From the NCBI RefSeq assembly GCF_009914755.1, contig NC_060930.1: a DNA stretch of 64,000 bases. The stretch is one strand, 5' to 3'. The notes beneath the pieces are model-generated. The model saw nothing but the letters and a program-made list of their open reading frames with translations, made no database searches and had not been told where the DNA came from. This stretch comes from the human T2T-CHM13v2.0 reference genome, Homo sapiens. This document shows positions 54,030 through 64,000 of this stretch, in pieces (the first letter of the stretch is position 1; every line of letters starts with the position of its first letter). The translations under genes and the position numbers were made by a program.

Positions 54030-54309
54030 AAGTGTGCGTACTCATCAAGAACTTTCATACAGAACAACTCCATTTCCTCACTTCCAAATACTCTATGCAT
54101 GACTACTTACCTTCTTTATAGCAAATGGTCATAAAATTAACCTTAATTATTCAGTTTTGTGAAGTCACTCCAAGAAAATGGTCCATTACCACAAAAGAGT
54201 ATTCCAAATTGTATAGGTTATAGGGCTGAATCAATTTAAAAATCCCTTTTCAGAATTATTCCCCATAAGGAAATGCTATATACACCTATAAGATATCAAA
54301 TGCAAGTGA

Positions 54310-55860
54310 CTTAAAACACCAGTGATTTAGATTTATTTTTATTGACAAGGTTTATAAGAACAAATATTTAAAATCGAAGGCCAATTATTAGGTCTCATTT
54401 AGTTGCTTATTTTGTTCACTTGTATTTACCTTTCCCTAGTGTCTGAGTAACTATCAAGAAACAAACCTGTGAAAATACCTGTTAACATTCAACATATATT
54501 TTTATATATTTCTGTTCTATGATGCAAAGATATTTTTCAACACTTAATTGGTGCAACAAATGTGTCATTGTGTCATAAACAGCATGTTTTAAAATTCAGA
54601 TTTAATAAACTGATTTAAGACAGTAAATTTGAAAGACAAAATTAAGTCTCATTCAGGAGTGGTCCATTATGTTGATCATCTAGAATCAACACTGATTAAC
54701 CAAACTCTGAAAGCCAAGAGCCCCAACTCCAGAGAAACATTAAATTTCTTTAATGTAAAAGTATATTATTTTTGAGACACACTTTGTCAGAGACATCCAC
54801 GATTGCCTGCACATTATATTCTGGCATTATAATCTGGTACTTTAGTCATAATCGTGAAGCTGGCTAGGTTTCCAGTAAATATCAGCATTTTATATGGGCA
54901 AAAGCAGTTAATAAAAATCAGTTCATTTACTGTAAGCCAAATGTGCTTGTACTTAATCCCACCCTTTCCCAAAGTTTTTGAAGCTTTGATAGGTTGATTT
55001 TTGGTCTGTCCTTATATAATATAAAACGTACCTACAGACACTTTTACAGAGTTAATACTAAAATTACAAATTGATGACACTTTTGAGGCAAAGCAGGGTA
55101 ACTGTTCCTTCAGTGTTGCCATCACTGAATTGACTTTCACTGTTCCATCATACTGTTTGGCTGAACACTGACATTCCATAGTCTACAACTATAAAGATAC
55201 CTACCTATGTGAGTTTAAAAAGTGATCTGCACAAAAGAAATAAAAAAACTTTATATACAACCAATTGTTTTTTAAAAATACAAAAATAACATCTGTCACT
55301 TTTGTCATGCTGACAATTTGACATATATACACATGCAGGAGAAAAGTTCCAATTCAGTGATCTGGACAACTGTAGCTTGTATATTTTTAATATTATGGAC
55401 ACACTGCCGCTGAATTTTCACACTGACAGAGATGTGTATTCAAAATATTTCATATACTAAATACTACAATCTCTGTATGTATAAATCCTGGTGATAATAG
55501 TTTTTGTTCTACTTGATTAAAAGTATGCCTTAAGCAAGCTAATATTAAGTGCACTAAAAACCACAACAGCTCAAGAATCTATGACCTTATATAAAGAAAT
55601 CCAAAATGTACAAAATACAACTATAAAAGCAAGGAACAATTAATGCCATGCAAGATTTTAAACTAAAAATGGCATAGAAATGCAATTTAAAACAGCAAAC
55701 TCAAATTCACATAACACTCAAGATAAAAAGGTCAGCAGTAAGTTCTACTAACGTTGCTTAACAAGGATTTAGAAAAGGAAATACATTCTCTTTGCTGGTA
55801 TAATGGTATAAATCAGATCTTCAAATCTATGGGAACGAGTCATCTTCTCTGTCCTCTATC
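54310..55860 (-). other. DEK: DEK 3'UTR (may extend to about 54000)
   Basis: Repeat-free AT-rich sequence between the TGA and the poly(A) signals. Confidence 0.8.
54332..54343 (-). terminator. DEK: DEK poly(A) signal, tandem AATAAA AATAAA
   Basis: TTTATTTTTATT on the + strand. Confidence 0.8.
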
Positions 55861-55872
55861 TCAAGAAATTAG
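55861..55872 (-). CDS. DEK: DEK terminal coding exon part (LIS*)
   Basis: rc tttctctttcattacag|CTA ATT TCT TGA; completes the DEK C-terminus ...TTVKELIS. Confidence 0.92.
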   Translation of the reverse strand, partial: LIS

Positions 55873-56315
55873 CTGTAATGAAAGAGAAACATTATTTTGC
55901 CATAAATCATAAACCTTTATCCCATTTTTTCCACATCTATTTTACTATTTTGTCCTTCAAAAATCAGTTGAGATCAATACAGAATTACAGCTACCTGCTG
56001 ATCTTCCCCTCACCTTTGCCTCGTAGACAGGAACTTCCTCAAGTATTTGTGAGAGCAACGTTGAGATGCCCAGCTACCCAGGTACACCATGAGGCCACAT
56101 CATAATCTGAGTTCAGGTCTTATCACTAACTGTTCAAACTTTAATTTTAAGCTTTAAAGTGGGAATGAGAAGAAATAAATTTCCCTATTATGAAGAAATG
56201 TGAGGATCAAATGTGATATTTAGTGACATGAATATTTTGAAAAATATGGAGTATTTTATGTAATTACTTTTGTCTTATATTTCTAAAGTCAAACTTGAAA
56301 GACTGAAATATTTAC

Positions 56316-56384
56316 CTCTTTTACAGTTGTTTTTATGAAATCTTTTCTTTCAGTTAAATCATAAGTAGGATAATTTTCATAGAC
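56316..56384 (-). CDS. DEK: DEK penultimate exon (VYENYPTYDLTERKDFIKTTVKE; end of DEK-C domain)
   Basis: rc acatag|GTCTATGAA...GTAAAAGAG|gtaaat; 69 nt, phase 0/0; too short for the ORF track. Confidence 0.95.
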
Positions 56385-56638
56385 CTATGTATAGTGAAAA
56401 GGAAAAATAATGTTAAAAGCAGATTTTAAAATCCAGTAATATTGTCTTTGAATAAAAGCAGGAAATCTGCTACGTGCAAATAGCCACAACCATCCCAACA
56501 GTACTCTGGTTAACCCATATGGAATTCTATTCCAAATGAGTATTTTAATAATATTGTATATGATGTGGAAAACTAGCATGCAAACATTCTCAGTGTTTTC
56601 AGGCTGAGAGTCTGGAATGAATTAACTAACCATAAACA

Positions 56639-57870
56639 AGCCAGATGTGATGGCTCACGCCTGTAATTCCAACACTCTGGGAAACCTAGGTGGGAAGATC
56701 ACTTGAGCCCAGGAATTCGAAACCAGCCTCAGGCAACCTGGTGAGACCTTGTGTCTACAAAAAATTTAAAAAGTAGCCAGGCATGGTCATGCATGCCTGT
56801 AATCCCAGCTACTGAGGAGGGTGAAGCAGGAGGATGGCTTGGGCCCAGGAGGTTGAGGTTGCAGTGAGCTGTGTTGGTGGCACTGCATTCCAGCCTGGAC
56901 CACAGAGTGTGGGGAAAAGAAAGAGAGATCAGATGGTTACTGTGTCTGTGTAGAAAGAAGTAGACCACAGGAGACTCCATTTTGTTCTGTACTAAGAAAA
57001 ATTCTTCTGCCTTGAGATGCTGTTACTCTCTGAAACATGTGCTGTGTCAACTCAGGGTGAAATGGATTAAGGGCTGTGCAAGATGTGCTTTGTTAAACAG
57101 ATGCTTGAAGGCAGCATGCTCGTTAACAGTCATCACCACTCCCTAATCTCAAGTACCCAGGGACACAAACACCGCGGAAGGCTGCAGGGACCTCTGCCTA
57201 GGAAAGCCAGGTATTGTCCAAGGTTTCTCCCCATGTCATAGTCTGAAATATGGCCTCGTGAGAAGGGAAAGACCTGACCGTCCCCCAGCCCGACACCCTT
57301 AAAGGGTCTGTGCTGAGGAGGGTTAGTATAAGAGGAAGGAACGCCTCTTTGCAGTTGAGACAAGAGGAAGGCATCTGTCTCCTGCCTGTCCCTGGGCAAT
57401 GGAATGTCTCGGTATAAAACCCGATTGTACGTTCCATCTACTGAGATAGGGGAAAACCGCCTTAGGGCTGGAGGTGGGACATGCGGGCAGTAATACTGTA
57501 AGGCATTGAGATGTTTATGTGTATGCATATCTAAAGCACAGCACTTAATTCTTTACCTTGACTATGATGCAGAGACCTTTGTTCACATGTTTATCTGCTG
57601 ACCTTGTCTCCACTATTATCCTATGACCCTGCCACATCCCCCTCTCCGAGAAACACCCAAGAATGACCAATAAATACTAAGGGACCTCAGAAGCCGGCCG
57701 GATCCTCCGTATACTGAACGCTGGTCCCCTGAGTCCCCTTATTTCTTTCTCTATACTTTGTGTCTTTTTCTTTTCTAAGTCTCTCGTTTCACCTAACAAG
57801 AAACACCCACAGGTGTGGAGGGGCAACCCACCCCTTCAACAGAGCAAGACCCTGTCTCAAAAACAAAAAA
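56639..57870 (+). mobile_element. AluJ-like element split by LTR5 (56639-56907 and 57845-57870)
   Basis: ...cagcctggaccacagag | LTR | acagagcaagaccctgtctcaaaa. Confidence 0.9.
56908..57838 (+). mobile_element. HERV-K(HML-2) solo LTR, LTR5B/5A-type
   Basis: tgtggggaaaagaaagagagatcag...ccacccccttca; perfect 6-bp TSD acagag; TATA-like near 57413; AATAAA at 57669-57674. Confidence 0.93.
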
Positions 57871-58254
57871 CCCCAACAAACATGGGTAAAGAAAACATCC
57901 AGATAGATCTTAGATAACAGAACTAAGTTCTTTATGTTGGCAAGTCATCTGCCAAGTGTCTTTTAGGGAAAACTTCTTTCTTCTCCAACCCTTGTTATTA
58001 TCCAGCACCCTACCTATGATTCCACAACCTGAAAAGCAATGAACTGCTTCCTCTACTCCACTGCTCAGTCCCTCCCTAAAGTTAAATCCTAAGACCCAGG
58101 TGGTCTCAAGAGTCCTGTACTCCTAAAATTTGACTAAATTTCTGCCTTTTGTCAATTTTCTCAGTCCTGTTATACTTGCTGCTTGACTCAGGTCCTGACT
58201 CTATAAGCTCACAGTCTGCAAGCACCCTGTAGGCTTTACTTCCACTGTATAGTT

Positions 58255-58488
58255 CAGGGTCAGCAACTTTTTCTGTAAAGGGCTAGATGGTACAAATAGT
58301 TTCAATTTTGCCAGTCAGTTTCTACTCTGCCAGTCAGTTTCTACTCAACTATGCGTTGTAGTGGCAATGCTGCCATAGACAATAGTTAAATAAATAGATG
58401 TGGCTGTATTACAATAAAATTTTGCTTACAAAACCAGGTGACTAAGATAGAATGGATTTAGCCCACAGGCTGTAGTATGCCAACCCTC
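58255..58488. mobile_element. MER58A
   Basis: cagggtcagcaactttttctgtaaaggg...tgccaaccct. Confidence 0.78.
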
Positions 58489-59415
58489 TAAAATATAGTT
58501 CATCATTTAAATTACTCTAATTGTTTGCCCCGGGAGGTTCCAAGATGGCCGAATAGGAACAGCTCCAGTCTACAGCTCCCACCGTGAGCGACGCAGAAGA
58601 CGGGTGATTTCTGCATTTCCAACTGAGATACCAGGTTCATCTCACTGGGGCTTGTCGGACGGTGGGTACAGGACAGTGGGTGCAGCCAACCGAGCGTGAG
58701 CTGAAGCAGGGCAAGGCATCGCCTCACCTGGGAAGCGCAAGGGGTCAGGGAATTCCCTTTCCTAGCCAAAGGAAGCTGTGATAGACGGCACCTGGAAAAT
58801 TGGGTCACTCCCACCCTAATACTGCACTTTTCCAACAATCTTAGCAAACGGGACACCAGGAGATTATATCCCGCGCCTGGCTCGGAGAGTCCCACGCCCA
58901 CGGAGCCTCGCTCATTGCTAGCACGGCAGTGTAAGATTTAACTGCAAGGTGGCAGCAAGGCTGGGGGAGGGGCGCCCGCCATTGCTGAGGCTTGAGTTGT
59001 AAACAAAGCTGCGAGGAAGCTCGAACTGGGTGGAGCCCACCACAGCTCAAGGAGGCCTGACTGCCTCTGTAGACTCCACCTCTGACAGACTGCCTCAAGT
59101 GAGTCCCTGTCCCCTGAGTGGCCTAACTGGGAGACACCTCCCAGTAGGAGCTGACTGACACCTCACACGGCCGGGTGCCACTCTGAGACGAAGCTTCCAG
59201 AGGAAGGATCAGGCAGGACAGTATTTGCTGTTCTGCAGCCTCCACTGCTGATACCCAGGCAAACAGGGTCTGCAGTGGACCTCCAGCAAACTCCAACAGA
59301 CCTGCAGCTGAGGGTCCTGACTGTTAGAAGGAAAACTAACAAAAAGAACATCCACACCAAAACCCCATCTGTACGTCACCATCATCAAAGACCAAAGGTA
59401 GATAAAACCACAAAG

Positions 59416-60429
59416 ATGGGAAGAAACCAGAGCAGAAAAGCTGAAAATTCTAAAAATTAGAGCGCCTCTTCTCCTCCAAAGGAACACAGCTCCTCGCCAG
59501 CAATGGAACAAAGCTGGACGGAGAATGACTTTGATGAGTTGAGAGAAGGCTTCAGACGATCAAACTTCTCCAAGCTAAAGGAGGATGTTCGAACCCATCA
59601 CAAAGAAGCTAAAAACCTTGAAAAAAGATGAGACGAATGGCTAACTAGAATAACCAGTGTAGAGAAGTCCTTAAATGACCTGATGGCGCTGAAAACCATG
59701 GCACGAGAACTACGTGATGCATGCACAAGCTTCAGTAGCCGATTCGATCAACTGGAAGAAAGGGTATCAGTGATTGAAGAGCAAATGAATGAAATGAAGC
59801 GAGAAGAGAAGTCTGGAGAAAAAAGAGTAAAAAGAAACAAACAAAGCCTCCAAGAAACACGGGACTATGTGAAAAGACCAAATCTACATCTGATTGGTGT
59901 ACCTGAAAGTGACGGGGAGAATGGAACCAAGTTGGAAAACACTCTTCAGGATATTATCCAGGAGAACTTCCCCAATCTAGCAAGGCAGGCCAACATTCAA
60001 ATTCAGGAAATACAGAGAACACCACAAAAATACTCCTCGAGAAGAGCAACTCCAAGATACATAATTGCCAGATTCACCAAAGCTGAAATGAAGGAAAAAA
60101 TGTCAAGGGCAGCCAGAGAGAAAGGTCGGGTTACCCACAAAGGGAAGCCCATCAAACTAACAGCGGATCTCTAGGCAGAAACTCTACAAGCCAGAATAGA
60201 GTGAGGGCCAATATTCGACATTCTTAAAGAAAAGAATTTTCAACCCAGAATTTCATATCCAGCTAAACTAAGCTTCATAAGTGAAGGAGAAATAAAATCC
60301 TTTACAGACAAGCAAATGCTGAGAGATTTTGTCACCACCAGGCCTGCCTTACAAGAGCTCCTGAAGGAAGCACTAAACATGGAAAGGAACAACCGGTACC
60401 AGCCACTGCAAAAACATGCCAAATTGTAA
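59416..60429 (+). pseudogene. L1 ORF1p, disrupted
   Basis: ATG at 59416; premature stops including TAG 59458-59460 and TAG 60172-60174; ends ...HAKL TAA. Confidence 0.9.
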
Positions 60430-60492
60430 AGACCATCGATGCTAGGAAGAAACTGCATCAACTAACGAGCAAAATAACCAGCTAACATCATA

Positions 60493-64000
<3,508 letters not shown>

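Noticed and set aside
57567-57574. LTR5_Hs-type OCT4 site making this LTR a naive-pluripotency enhancer
   Set aside because: The sequence is ATGCAGAG rather than the recalled ATGCAAAG, and the termini are LTR5A/B-type
58938-58982. L1 ORF0 as an intact peptide
   Set aside because: MAGAPPPALLPPCS is followed by TAA at 58940-58938; the 129-aa track ORF downstream starts at GTG

Overview
Primate, almost certainly human, genomic DNA from the KDM1B/DEK locus (6p22.3, recognised from the encoded peptides). The + strand carries the last 16 coding exons of KDM1B (LSD2/AOF1: CW zinc finger, SWIRM and FAD amine-oxidase domains). I traced them exon by exon; all have GT-AG boundaries and an open frame to the TAA at 52132-52134, followed by a ~1.85-kb 3'UTR. 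The - strand carries the last two coding exons and the 3'UTR of DEK, converging tail-to-tail with KDM1B at about 53970-54030. Introns are dense in repeats: about 50 Alus, an L1PB1 fragment, old L1M pieces, THE1C, MLT1B, LTR33, MER58A, MER53, MER20, MER2, MER44, MER5A and Tigger4a. The DEK intron starting at 56385 holds a HERV-K LTR5 solo LTR inside an Alu and a 5'-intact, ORF-dead L1PA. I find no convincing new gene or biological system; nearly all track ORFs are repeat artefacts. The most notable observations are a compact bidirectional poly(A) element shared by the two genes, a mostly phase-0 modular exon layout, an open in-frame alternative donor, a miR-1302-like MER53 copy, and the TE-filled t(6;9) breakpoint intron. 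Repeat subfamily names and residue numbers come from recalled consensus and protein sequences, not from a search. Repeat boundaries are approximate.
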